IMG/VR virus record: IMGVR_UViG_3300010885_070871
Span: 1 to 64,000 of that record
From: a virus
DNA: 64,000 nucleotides
Strand: one strand, 5' to 3'
Shown: piece after piece, positions 48,637 through 57,917 of the stretch
Numbering within the stretch: the first letter of the stretch is position 1
How the letters are laid out: each line of letters starts with the position of its first letter
The notes under the pieces: generated by a model
The model's database searches: none
The model's input: only the letters and a program-made list of their open reading frames with translations
Told to the model about the DNA's origin: nothing
Translations under genes and position numbers: made by a program

Positions 48637-51600
48637 ATGGCAACTATAGAGGAAAGAATTGACGAGTTATTATCTAAAGATATAGCATCGCTTTCATCAG
48701 ATCAAATTATAAGTATAATAACTGGTGAGAGTACTCCACAAGTATATGTAGACCCACAATCAGAAGAGGGATTTAACAGTGAAGCTGATAAAATAGGAAA
48801 GGATGTAGATGATCTTATAAAGAGTCTAGAACCAAAAGATCCTCCTATTCCAATGGAAGAGATAGAAAAACTTTCGTGTGATTTTGAAGGCGATGAATTA
48901 TATTCTGAAGTTTTATTAGAATCATTAAAATCAAAAGATAAGGATCTCTATAATCTGCTACTAAATTCTCCAGATTTTTTGGAAGATAAGGAGATAGAGA
49001 GTATTGATATAGGAATAAAAACAGAAATACCTTCCATCAATAAAAATAAAGCATCATCTAACACTAACGCCAACACTAACGCTAAAAAAGGTAGATCCTC
49101 TAATGGAATAACTAAATTTTTAAATAGTAAGAATCCCAAACTTCTAGAAAGTTTAAATGAATCACTTTTTGATAAAATAGATCCTTTTTTATTTGGTAAA
49201 CCAACCAATGCTGGTTCTAAAAAAAAGAGAGATCTTAATATATTAGGATTCAAAGTTCCTTTAGAATTTATAACTGCTAATGGAAAAATACTACATGTTA
49301 AATTAGTAGGTCCTGATATAACTATACAGCAAGCAGAAGAAAGAGTAAAAAAAAGCTCAGAAGCTCAGAGAAAGAATTTAAAAGATTGCGAAACTAAAGA
49401 CGTTAATGAAAAAGAAGGGGCAGGTTCAAATAGTTCAACAGATTCTAGTAATAATCAAAAAGTAAATGTTGGTGGTATACTTCCTAATGATTACGAAACT
49501 GAGAAGTATAAAGATTATGATTACGATTTTATTAGAGATAAAAAAACAGGGGAAGCTAACGAGGATCCTGCAATAGAGGATGATAACTGTAATGTAATAG
49601 CAGAAGATCCAATTACAGGAGATCCAATAGTAACAAAAGAAAGTATAGAAGGAATATTAGATGAATTTTGTGATCCAGAGCCTAGTGATCTTTCTGGATT
49701 AGATATTGAATTAAATACAGGAGCAGGGTCTGATATAAACAGCAATGAAGAAAAAGAAAATGAAGATGCACAGGTTAGTGAAGATTTTTCAGAAGCTCAA
49801 ATAAATGAGATTGAAGGATGCTTAGATTCAACTATTGTTAAATACGAAAAAATAGACAAAAGAACTTTAGAGTTAGCTAGATGGAAAAATATAGAAAAAA
49901 ATCTAGAAGAAATAAATTATCATTATGAAATAGTATGGGAGTATCAAAAAACTTTATATGAAGAATGGACTGGCAGATTAAGCGGTAACCAAACACAAAC
50001 AGGTGATGGTTCAAACTTAGATCTAGCAATATCTATATTAACATACACTGATATAATAAGAGAAACAGAAAGAGAAGTATTTTTTGCAACAGAGGATTAT
50101 AATACAACAAAAAAATTATTTTTAGAAAACAATAATATATTTACTGAAAATATATTTCTTTTTACTATACCAGAGACTGAAGTCTCTTCAGTTGAACTTG
50201 AGACTCTTTTTGAGATTAAAATAAATAATGATATCTCCCCTATAAATTACGACCAGGAAAAACAATTATGGCCTATACAGGATGGGGTAAATAAATTTAT
50301 TTCTTTAGTCGAGAATATAAGATTTATTATAATAAAAGGAAGTCAAATAGATTTACTAAATAAAAAAATACAAGAGAATACAGATTTAAGAGGTGCTGAT
50401 ATAGAATCTTTAGAAAATAAATTAGGGATTACCATTAATATTGATGATTTAGAAAAAGCATTTAAGGATGCTAGTAACTGGATTCCTTATTCTGGATTCA
50501 CGACAGAAAGAGACTATGCACAAGAAATATTTCAATCTGATTCTTTTAGTAACAATAATAACAATCCTTATAGAGGATATGGGTATGAATTTAAAAACCT
50601 ATTAAGTAAATTTTCAGTTAGATTTAGTAATGTAGCATTTGATTATGATGATGTAGAGCTTAAAATGAAATTAAGTTTTTTTACTGATATTGGTAATCCC
50701 TTGCCATATAAACAAAAACAAAAGCCAAACAAAATATCACTAAAAGGAACACCTCAACCTATATTTAAAACAGTATCTGAGCCTGATGTTGAAAGAATAA
50801 AATTGGGAAATGAATACGCAGGAAACGGAGGTCTTTTAGTAAATTATCCTAAAGATTATTTTAACGGGAACAGATTTTTAACTCTTAAGAATTACAAACA
50901 AGGCGAAAAGGATATTGCAGATTTTTATGATTTTATTAATGATATAATCTCTACTGGAAAATCTAAGACAACTATAGTAAATGAAATTAAAACAAAGAGA
51001 GGAATTTTATATGCTCAACTTATAGAAAAATCCGCTTCTAATTGGCTTTTCTTTACTCCTGAAGAAAGAGGCGATAATGATGCTAGAAATCCAGCAAATC
51101 TAAGACCTGCTAGTTTTACAGCAGAAGGAGAACCAACTCCTGTATTTGTTGATTTCTGGAGTAACTATAAAACTAAATGGAACGAAAAATATTTACAAAA
51201 TAAAGGGGCATTCATTAATCCAGAAATAGAAAAAATAAAAGTTGAAGCTAGAAAAGCAGGTCTAGCTATGGGAAGGACAGTGAATACTGATGATATAAGG
51301 GGTATAAGAATAGTAGAAAATTATTTTGATATTCAGAAAAAGTATGAACAGATCCAAGAACTTTTATTAGTCTCTGCACAAAAAATAGCAGAAATAGAAG
51401 AAGCTATTAAACCTGAAAATATAGAAAAAGAATTTGCCTCAATTAGTTGTGGAGCGGGAGTAGATCCTAATCTCTCTATTGAGTGTCCACCTAAATGTTG
51501 TGGTGCAGCAGGATCAGATTTTAAAACTGAAAACTTTCTTCTTTCAACACCTCCTGGATCTGATTGTCCTTCAATTTTTTCTAAATGTTGGATGAAACAG

Positions 51601-53919
51601 TTCACTAAGCATTTAACTTTAGTTGGACTTCTTCCTTATCCGAATGGTTTACCCCCTATAGAAAATACAGCATTTTTTCTAGGCGGAGGTCCAAGTGTTA
51701 GATTAGGATTTAAGTATTGGCCTGTTGGATATCTTCCTCCTGCTTTTATTCCACTTCCTGTTCCTAATCCTGTGGATGGACAACCTTATATAAGAATACC
51801 TCTTCCTATGATATGGACTATAATAGATCCTATCGTAATACCATTACCTTTAAATTTAGGAACGCTTATAATTTTCATTCCTTTCATAGGAGGATTTATG
51901 CCAACCCCTTTATTCTTTATAAAAGAAAATGTAAATGGAACATCATTCTTTTTAACTGGTTTGAGAGGACCTAGATTTATTCCTAGAAAATCTGATCCTA
52001 AAATTAATGACCCTACTGAAAAAATAAAACAAGCAATATCTTTTGGGTTCCCTGATAAACTAGTACCTTTACCTGGATTTGGCTCCGATAATATTGATTC
52101 TCTTCCTAGAATATTAGAAGATATAAAATCCAATATTACAAAAATAATGGATAATATTCCTCCTCCTAGTAATTTAGAACCACTTAGAACATTACAAGAA
52201 AAAGAGTTATCTATAAAGAATAGTATATCTAGTAAAATAAAAGATTATAATAAAAAAGCAGCTTTATTGGATGATCCTGAACCTAATTTAGATGGTGAAA
52301 GAAATCAACTTAATTCTATAATAGCTGAAAGAAAATCTGTTCTTGCAAAAATAATATCAAACTATATAAGTAAAGGTGTACCTAATCCCAAAACTATAAG
52401 TTATCCAAAAGATAAGGACAACTTAAAAATTGATATTCCGGGTAAGGTTAAATCTATTATTGATTTGGCTCAGCAGAAGTCTAGCTTAGTTCCTTTGAAA
52501 CCCCCTCCTACCATAGATATGAAGGATTATTTTAAAGATATTCTTAAAAATACTAAAATACCAACACCTTCAGAATATGATTTAGAAAATGAAAATGTTT
52601 CTAATAATAACAGGATAGTTGTTAAAGTGAACCAGGATCCTAGAAATATGAATGAGGAAGAATTTAAGGCATTTACTAAAAAAGTAAAACAACCTTGTAT
52701 TGAATTCACTAAATATATGGTTAGTGGAAACGGAGCTTCTGTAATAAAAGAAAAAAGAAAAGGTGCATTCTCTTCTTTAGAGTTTACACAATTTCAAGGA
52801 ATTTTTCAATTTCCAGATCCTACCGTATTAGATCCACCTCCAGGGGGATTAAGTTTTTCTAAAATTCCTAATCCTTTAGTTGATCAAGTTACAAAGGTTA
52901 TGACTAATGGAATTTCTAGTGCACCTTTTAAACCATCTGATTTTACTAAATATGTTAGATCAGACGAAAATGGAAATCCTGTGGTTGCGTTAAGAGTAAA
53001 AGATATAAAAAAAATAGTTTCTAGTAAAATAGGTTTAAGCAAGAAAAAAGCAGGTGAGGCAGATAGACCGATGGATCAAATAAATTCACTAGTAACTAAT
53101 TTTCCTTTCCCTGCAGGTCCTTTAGCTTCTTCACAAGCTCTAGGACAATCATTTGGGAGTGCAATAGCTCTTTTTGAAATACCTACTGCTTTTCCGGTAA
53201 AACAAGATCAAATATCACAATCTCCTTTAGCAGGAGGTCTTGTACAAATTGCTATACCAGGAGCAGTAATAAAACAATTCTTAAGTAAAGCAGTTGAGGA
53301 ATTATTAAAAAAAGGAGACGGTTTTGATAAATATTTTCCTGAGATAAATGATCCTAATTCCACTAAATTTACTAACCTAGATCCTAATGATATCCAGAAA
53401 ATGGTTAGAACTATGATGGAGGATTTTCTTAATCCAGATTCAACTAGTATACCTGATTTTTTAAAAATAACACAAATACCAATTCTTCCAAAATCGAGAC
53501 CAACTGATGTTTTAGAACAGGTATTAATAGGATTAGGGGTTCCTCCTCCTGCTAGAATAGTTTATAGTTTAATCTGGAAATATTTTAAAGGACTTCCTAA
53601 ATCACCTCTTCCGGAAGAAGTGACCAAACCTATATTCGACGCAGCTGCAAAAATATTAACAAAGATGCCTTGGCCTATAGTTGTTCTTTTGGGTAGAAAT
53701 GTACTTAATATAATAAATCCAATAGCAATGTCTGATGATCTTCCTGCTTGGAGAAGAATGAGTCTTAAAAATGCTTATTATGTTGTTTATCTAGATGAGT
53801 TCTTAAGGAGTGCTGCAGATGTCTCAGGACTATTCAAATTTTTCTTTGGAGATCCAGTGTATCCTATCCCAGAATTACCAAGCGAATTGCAAAAAACATT
53901 TAATGTAAAAAAATATTAA
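48637..53919 (+). CDS. very large hypothetical protein (probable virion component)
   Basis: 1760-aa ORF directly after gp5; acidic N-part, Cys cluster, Pro-rich hydrophobic segments. Confidence 0.6.
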   Translation: MATIEERIDELLSKDIASLSSDQIISIITGESTPQVYVDPQSEEGFNSEADKIGKDVDDLIKSLEPKDPPIPMEEIEKLSCDFEGDELYSEVLLESLKSKDKDLYNLLLNSPDFLEDKEIESIDIGIKTEIPSINKNKASSNTNANTNAKKGRSSNGITKFLNSKNPKLLESLNESLFDKIDPFLFGKPTNAGSKKKRDLNILGFKVPLEFITANGKILHVKLVGPDITIQQAEERVKKSSEAQRKNLKDCETKDVNEKEGAGSNSSTDSSNNQKVNVGGILPNDYETEKYKDYDYDFIRDKKTGEANEDPAIEDDNCNVIAEDPITGDPIVTKESIEGILDEFCDPEPSDLSGLDIELNTGAGSDINSNEEKENEDAQVSEDFSEAQINEIEGCLDSTIVKYEKIDKRTLELARWKNIEKNLEEINYHYEIVWEYQKTLYEEWTGRLSGNQTQTGDGSNLDLAISILTYTDIIRETEREVFFATEDYNTTKKLFLENNNIFTENIFLFTIPETEVSSVELETLFEIKINNDISPINYDQEKQLWPIQDGVNKFISLVENIRFIIIKGSQIDLLNKKIQENTDLRGADIESLENKLGITINIDDLEKAFKDASNWIPYSGFTTERDYAQEIFQSDSFSNNNNNPYRGYGYEFKNLLSKFSVRFSNVAFDYDDVELKMKLSFFTDIGNPLPYKQKQKPNKISLKGTPQPIFKTVSEPDVERIKLGNEYAGNGGLLVNYPKDYFNGNRFLTLKNYKQGEKDIADFYDFINDIISTGKSKTTIVNEIKTKRGILYAQLIEKSASNWLFFTPEERGDNDARNPANLRPASFTAEGEPTPVFVDFWSNYKTKWNEKYLQNKGAFINPEIEKIKVEARKAGLAMGRTVNTDDIRGIRIVENYFDIQKKYEQIQELLLVSAQKIAEIEEAIKPENIEKEFASISCGAGVDPNLSIECPPKCCGAAGSDFKTENFLLSTPPGSDCPSIFSKCWMKQFTKHLTLVGLLPYPNGLPPIENTAFFLGGGPSVRLGFKYWPVGYLPPAFIPLPVPNPVDGQPYIRIPLPMIWTIIDPIVIPLPLNLGTLIIFIPFIGGFMPTPLFFIKENVNGTSFFLTGLRGPRFIPRKSDPKINDPTEKIKQAISFGFPDKLVPLPGFGSDNIDSLPRILEDIKSNITKIMDNIPPPSNLEPLRTLQEKELSIKNSISSKIKDYNKKAALLDDPEPNLDGERNQLNSIIAERKSVLAKIISNYISKGVPNPKTISYPKDKDNLKIDIPGKVKSIIDLAQQKSSLVPLKPPPTIDMKDYFKDILKNTKIPTPSEYDLENENVSNNNRIVVKVNQDPRNMNEEEFKAFTKKVKQPCIEFTKYMVSGNGASVIKEKRKGAFSSLEFTQFQGIFQFPDPTVLDPPPGGLSFSKIPNPLVDQVTKVMTNGISSAPFKPSDFTKYVRSDENGNPVVALRVKDIKKIVSSKIGLSKKKAGEADRPMDQINSLVTNFPFPAGPLASSQALGQSFGSAIALFEIPTAFPVKQDQISQSPLAGGLVQIAIPGAVIKQFLSKAVEELLKKGDGFDKYFPEINDPNSTKFTNLDPNDIQKMVRTMMEDFLNPDSTSIPDFLKITQIPILPKSRPTDVLEQVLIGLGVPPPARIVYSLIWKYFKGLPKSPLPEEVTKPIFDAAAKILTKMPWPIVVLLGRNVLNIINPIAMSDDLPAWRRMSLKNAYYVVYLDEFLRSAADVSGLFKFFFGDPVYPIPELPSELQKTFNVKKY

Positions 53920-53975
53920 TATTATGGAAATTTTATCTCCATTTTAAAGTAAAAATAATAATCTAAATCAAAAAT

Positions 53976-55085
53976 ATGAGAAATAAAAACTATACCTCTT
54001 TTGAATATGAAGAACAAGAAAGAGAAAAAATGAATCGCCTATATGATATAACTTTTCCAGAGGATACTGGTAATTTTGTTGGTAAAGATATAGAGAGCAA
54101 CACTTCAGTAGATGTAAGAGTAATTAAAGTTGACAATGAAAAAGAAATTGTCATTGCTGAAACTAGATATGGTCAATCTATTGTGATAGATCTTAAAAAA
54201 GAAAGAAAAGGAATGAAAAGATTTGGTCATTCTGAATTAAATATTAATCCAGGAGATTCAATCGAACTGGTTGTTTACAAAGAGAAGAACGGAAATTTCA
54301 GTGGATCAGTTTCTGCAGGATATGAGAAAATTTTAAAAAGAGAACTTCACAGATCTGTAAAAGAAGAGAACTGCGCATTTCATGTAAAAGTTACTTCTGT
54401 TTGTAATGGAGGATTTATGGTAGATCTATCTGGTATAGTATGCTTCCTTCCTGGTAGTCTAGCTGCTGCAAACAGGATAATGAATTTTGCCGATTATATC
54501 GGAAAAGAACTTACAGTAATGACAGAAATTTACGATCAGAAAAGAGATATTTTCGTAGTTTCTTTCAAGAAATACCTTAAAAAAATTATAGATAGCAAAG
54601 CTCAGGAATTATCATTCTCTAATAAATACGAAGGAACAGTTACAGGTGTTTCTGGAAACATAGTATTTGTTGAATGGGATGAAATATTTACTGGAATTAT
54701 AAACTTTGATGAGAGCGAAATCTCTAAAATTTCTGATTACAAATCCGGAGATAAGGTTAGTTTCTATGTAATAGACATAAAAAATCCACAAAGAATAGCA
54801 ATCTCTTTAACTGAGCCTAATCACAAAATGAAATCTTTACAAGATTTAAAGGATTCTTCTTTAGAAAAAGTTGGGGAAGATACAGAAACACAATCTTATA
54901 AAGCAGAGATAACTAAGCTTAAAACATTTGGTGCTTTTGTTAAATTAGAAAATGGATTAAATGGCCTAATAGAAAAAGAAAAACTAAGATTTTCTATGGA
55001 TCAATATGAGGTAGGACAATCGTTAGAGTGCTTTATTTCTAGCGTAGATTTATCTAATCTTAAAATCCAACTCGTAGAAAAATAA
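53976..55085 (+). CDS. ribosomal protein S1-like multi-S1-domain RNA-binding protein
   Basis: GGFMVDLSGIVCFLPGS, VVSFKKYL, FGAFVKLENGLNGLI and YEVGQ..; about four OB/S1 repeats. Confidence 0.8.
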   Translation: MRNKNYTSFEYEEQEREKMNRLYDITFPEDTGNFVGKDIESNTSVDVRVIKVDNEKEIVIAETRYGQSIVIDLKKERKGMKRFGHSELNINPGDSIELVVYKEKNGNFSGSVSAGYEKILKRELHRSVKEENCAFHVKVTSVCNGGFMVDLSGIVCFLPGSLAAANRIMNFADYIGKELTVMTEIYDQKRDIFVVSFKKYLKKIIDSKAQELSFSNKYEGTVTGVSGNIVFVEWDEIFTGIINFDESEISKISDYKSGDKVSFYVIDIKNPQRIAISLTEPNHKMKSLQDLKDSSLEKVGEDTETQSYKAEITKLKTFGAFVKLENGLNGLIEKEKLRFSMDQYEVGQSLECFISSVDLSNLKIQLVEK

Positions 55086-55108
55086 CATTTATCTTATAAA
55101 TTTCAAGG

Positions 55109-55144
55109 AAAAGAGTTTTATCAAAAAGATAAAACTCTTTTTTT
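55109..55144 (+). terminator. intrinsic terminator
   Basis: Perfect 14-bp inverted repeat aaaagagttttatc-aaaaa-gataaaactctttt running into a T-tract. Confidence 0.8.
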
Positions 55145-55176
55145 GTTTTATTTTTATTTTTCTGAATATATAGAAT

Positions 55177-56616
55177 ATGAATTTAAGTAGTGTAAACTTT
55201 TTTTATTGTGTTAATATTGGATTTGAATTTGAGCTTTATAGTGACTTAAATAGGAACGAAATTGCTTTAGATCTAGGGAAGGTATTAGGTAAAAAAATAA
55301 TGGTATTTTCAAAGTACCACTCTAGTTTTAAGCCAACTAAGGATATCTTTAAAATAGAACCTGATTATTCAGGAGGATCTAAAATGGTTGAGTTAATAAC
55401 TGGACCTTTACCTTATTTTGAATCTATTCCTATTCTAATAAAAACTTTAAAATGGATAGATGAAAATGGTTACACAGATAAAAAATGTGCTTTTCAGTTT
55501 GGAGTAAGTATAGACACTTCAATATATCCTGAAATAACTCCTGTTGATAAAATAAACATTCTTAAATTTATACTAGGATTTGATGAGAATGTAATCTATA
55601 AAAAATTCCCAGATAGGTACGGATCTTTGTATGCTAAATCCATAAAAAGAATTATTCCGTCAAATAGATTTGTGGATCCTACTAATCTTTCTTTCATTGA
55701 TAAAAATCTTTTTGAAGTTCCTTTAGAAAAGAATATGGGGATAAACTTCTTAAAAGTACCTGAGGGATATTTTGAGGTTAGGTATTTAGGGGGAAAAGAT
55801 TACCAGAAGAAATATACATCTATAAAAGATGTTATGGACTATATAATAACTTATACATTCCAAGTTTTAGAGACTAATGATGGATTCAGTGAAAATGATC
55901 TTAAAATATTAAAATCTTTTCTTTCTGAAATTTATAAGAATGCTTCAAGTTTTATAGATTCACAAACCTTCCAAAAAAATTATCCTCACTTAAATGTGAT
56001 GATAGATCTTAAATCTGATCCGCAAATACTTAGATCTTTTTTCCTTAATGTAAGGGATGTTTTATACGATTTAATAGTTGAAAACAACATTAAAGAAGGA
56101 ATGATTAACTACGATAGTAATTTAGGAAAATTCCAAATAAAAGATGTCGAAACACAGAGAGCTTATCTTTTAAAAGATTATGACATATTAGATTCTAAAA
56201 TATCTGGAAACATTCTTAATTGTAGACTTTTTGGTTGTAACTTGAGTAATTCAACTATAGAAGATTCAGATTTAATTACTACTAATGAGATTGATAAATC
56301 TAAGATAATTAACACAGATGTTATGTTTAGTAACACTGTACATGATTCTTATATTGATAACAAAGAAAAAGAAATAAACTGTGAAGTTTACGGAGGAATT
56401 ATTAGATCTGGTTATATTGGAAAACTTGCTACAATTTCACCTGAAACTGAAGTCGTTGACGATGCTTCAGATGATAAAAAAATGAAGGGAACATTAAAGA
56501 AAAATTTATTTCCTAACCGAAATGATAAAGGTTCAATCCCCGCACAAATAAAGTTTAGTGACAACAATGCTAAGCCTTCAGGTATTCCTGGTATAAATTT
56601 TAAACAAAATAATTAA
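55177..56616 (+). CDS. amidoligase (COOH-NH2 ligase)-like protein with C-terminal beta-helix-like repeats
   Basis: IGFEFE, EPDYS, ELITGPL, TDKKC and FEVRYLGG follow the amidoligase motif order. Confidence 0.6.
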   Translation: MNLSSVNFFYCVNIGFEFELYSDLNRNEIALDLGKVLGKKIMVFSKYHSSFKPTKDIFKIEPDYSGGSKMVELITGPLPYFESIPILIKTLKWIDENGYTDKKCAFQFGVSIDTSIYPEITPVDKINILKFILGFDENVIYKKFPDRYGSLYAKSIKRIIPSNRFVDPTNLSFIDKNLFEVPLEKNMGINFLKVPEGYFEVRYLGGKDYQKKYTSIKDVMDYIITYTFQVLETNDGFSENDLKILKSFLSEIYKNASSFIDSQTFQKNYPHLNVMIDLKSDPQILRSFFLNVRDVLYDLIVENNIKEGMINYDSNLGKFQIKDVETQRAYLLKDYDILDSKISGNILNCRLFGCNLSNSTIEDSDLITTNEIDKSKIINTDVMFSNTVHDSYIDNKEKEINCEVYGGIIRSGYIGKLATISPETEVVDDASDDKKMKGTLKKNLFPNRNDKGSIPAQIKFSDNNAKPSGIPGINFKQNN

Positions 56617-56617
56617 A

Positions 56618-57397
56618 ATGACAGAAGCAGATTTAATCCAAGAAATCAAGGATGAAATATCACATTCTTGTGCACTTCCTTATAATCTTAACGATCAGGA
56701 GATAAAAAGGATAATAAAAAGAGCAAGAGCTTATTTCTATGATAACTATCAGTATTCAGTAGAAGATAGAATATTTGTTTTAGGTAAAGAGCTTTTTTCA
56801 ACACCTTCTTTTAGAGCAACTAGACAAATACAATTACCACAGTGTGTTGTTTCTGTTTATGATGTTAGACAAGTTAATGGATCAGGACTTACCGGAACAC
56901 CAGATAAAGATTTTGGAGATTCAAAATTATTAGGATCAGAACTTATGCTTTCCCCTTTTGCTGGAGATAACTTAGTTTATAGAACAGTTCTTTACTCGTT
57001 TTTTGATTTAGCAAAAGCTTATTTATTAGAAAGCTATGCCTTTAATTATAATAAGAATACCAAAAAATTAACTATAAATGGTAGAGATCCAGCAAGAACT
57101 ACTTCGACAGCAGGTGGATCAGATACAACCCTTTTCAGTGGAACTGATGTGGGAATAAGAGCTTATATTGCTATTCCTGAAGAAAGCTTATATGATGATG
57201 AATTATTTGTGAGATATTGTCTTGCAGAAGCAAAAATAAATATTGGTAGATTACTAGGAACATTCGAATACAATCTTCCTGGAGGTGTAAGAATAAACGC
57301 AAATAATATACAATCTTTAGGAACTGCTGAGAAAACTGAGATTCTTGCAATGATAAAAGACGAAAACACTCCAAGTTATTTCCTTCAATGGAATTAA
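56618..57397 (+). CDS. neck protein (T4 gp13-like)
   Basis: C-terminal YNLPGGVRIN motif and N-terminal helical segment typical of gp13. Confidence 0.7.
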   Translation: MTEADLIQEIKDEISHSCALPYNLNDQEIKRIIKRARAYFYDNYQYSVEDRIFVLGKELFSTPSFRATRQIQLPQCVVSVYDVRQVNGSGLTGTPDKDFGDSKLLGSELMLSPFAGDNLVYRTVLYSFFDLAKAYLLESYAFNYNKNTKKLTINGRDPARTTSTAGGSDTTLFSGTDVGIRAYIAIPEESLYDDELFVRYCLAEAKINIGRLLGTFEYNLPGGVRINANNIQSLGTAEKTEILAMIKDENTPSYFLQWN

Positions 57398-57544
57398 AAT
57401 TTATACACTATTAGGATATTCAAGAAGTTTAAAAAAAAGCTTCAGAACTCCTGGGGATTTCTTTTGAATTTTGGATCTACAATGATAAAAGGGAAAAAAC
57501 AGTAAAATAGCCTTTATTTTCGATACTGAATATATAGATTCAAG

Positions 57545-57916
57545 ATGGCAAGATTATCCGAAATTTATCCTAGAAATCCAGACGATCCCAACTACAAAGA
57601 AGGGCTTTTACACACTGATGATGAATTAGAGATTCTTATCGGTATGATAAAACAGTGTATGTTAACTAGGCCAGGAGAGGTTTTAGGTGATCCCTATTTC
57701 GGTATAGATCTAGAAGGATTAATTTTTGATCTTAATATTGACCAAGCAACTCTTGAAAGATCAATAAGATTACATCTTTTAACATATGTTCCTATGGCTA
57801 ATGAGCAATTCGATGTTGATTTTAAAATTGGATTTTTTAAAGGTGAAACTAGAGATGCTTGTGTTATAGATTTTGCTATAAAAGGAAACCCTTTATTAGG
57901 TATTAAAATAATTTAA
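57545..57916 (+). CDS. gp25: baseplate wedge subunit gp25-like
   Basis: LTRPGEVLGDPYFGIDL motif; 123 aa; precedes gp6. Confidence 0.8.
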   Translation: MARLSEIYPRNPDDPNYKEGLLHTDDELEILIGMIKQCMLTRPGEVLGDPYFGIDLEGLIFDLNIDQATLERSIRLHLLTYVPMANEQFDVDFKIGFFKGETRDACVIDFAIKGNPLLGIKII

Positions 57917-57917
57917 A

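Noticed and set aside
57398-57544. About 150-nt intergenic gap with weak hairpins, possible ncRNA or tRNA
   Set aside because: No cloverleaf or convincing stable structure; it can be explained as terminator/promoter space.
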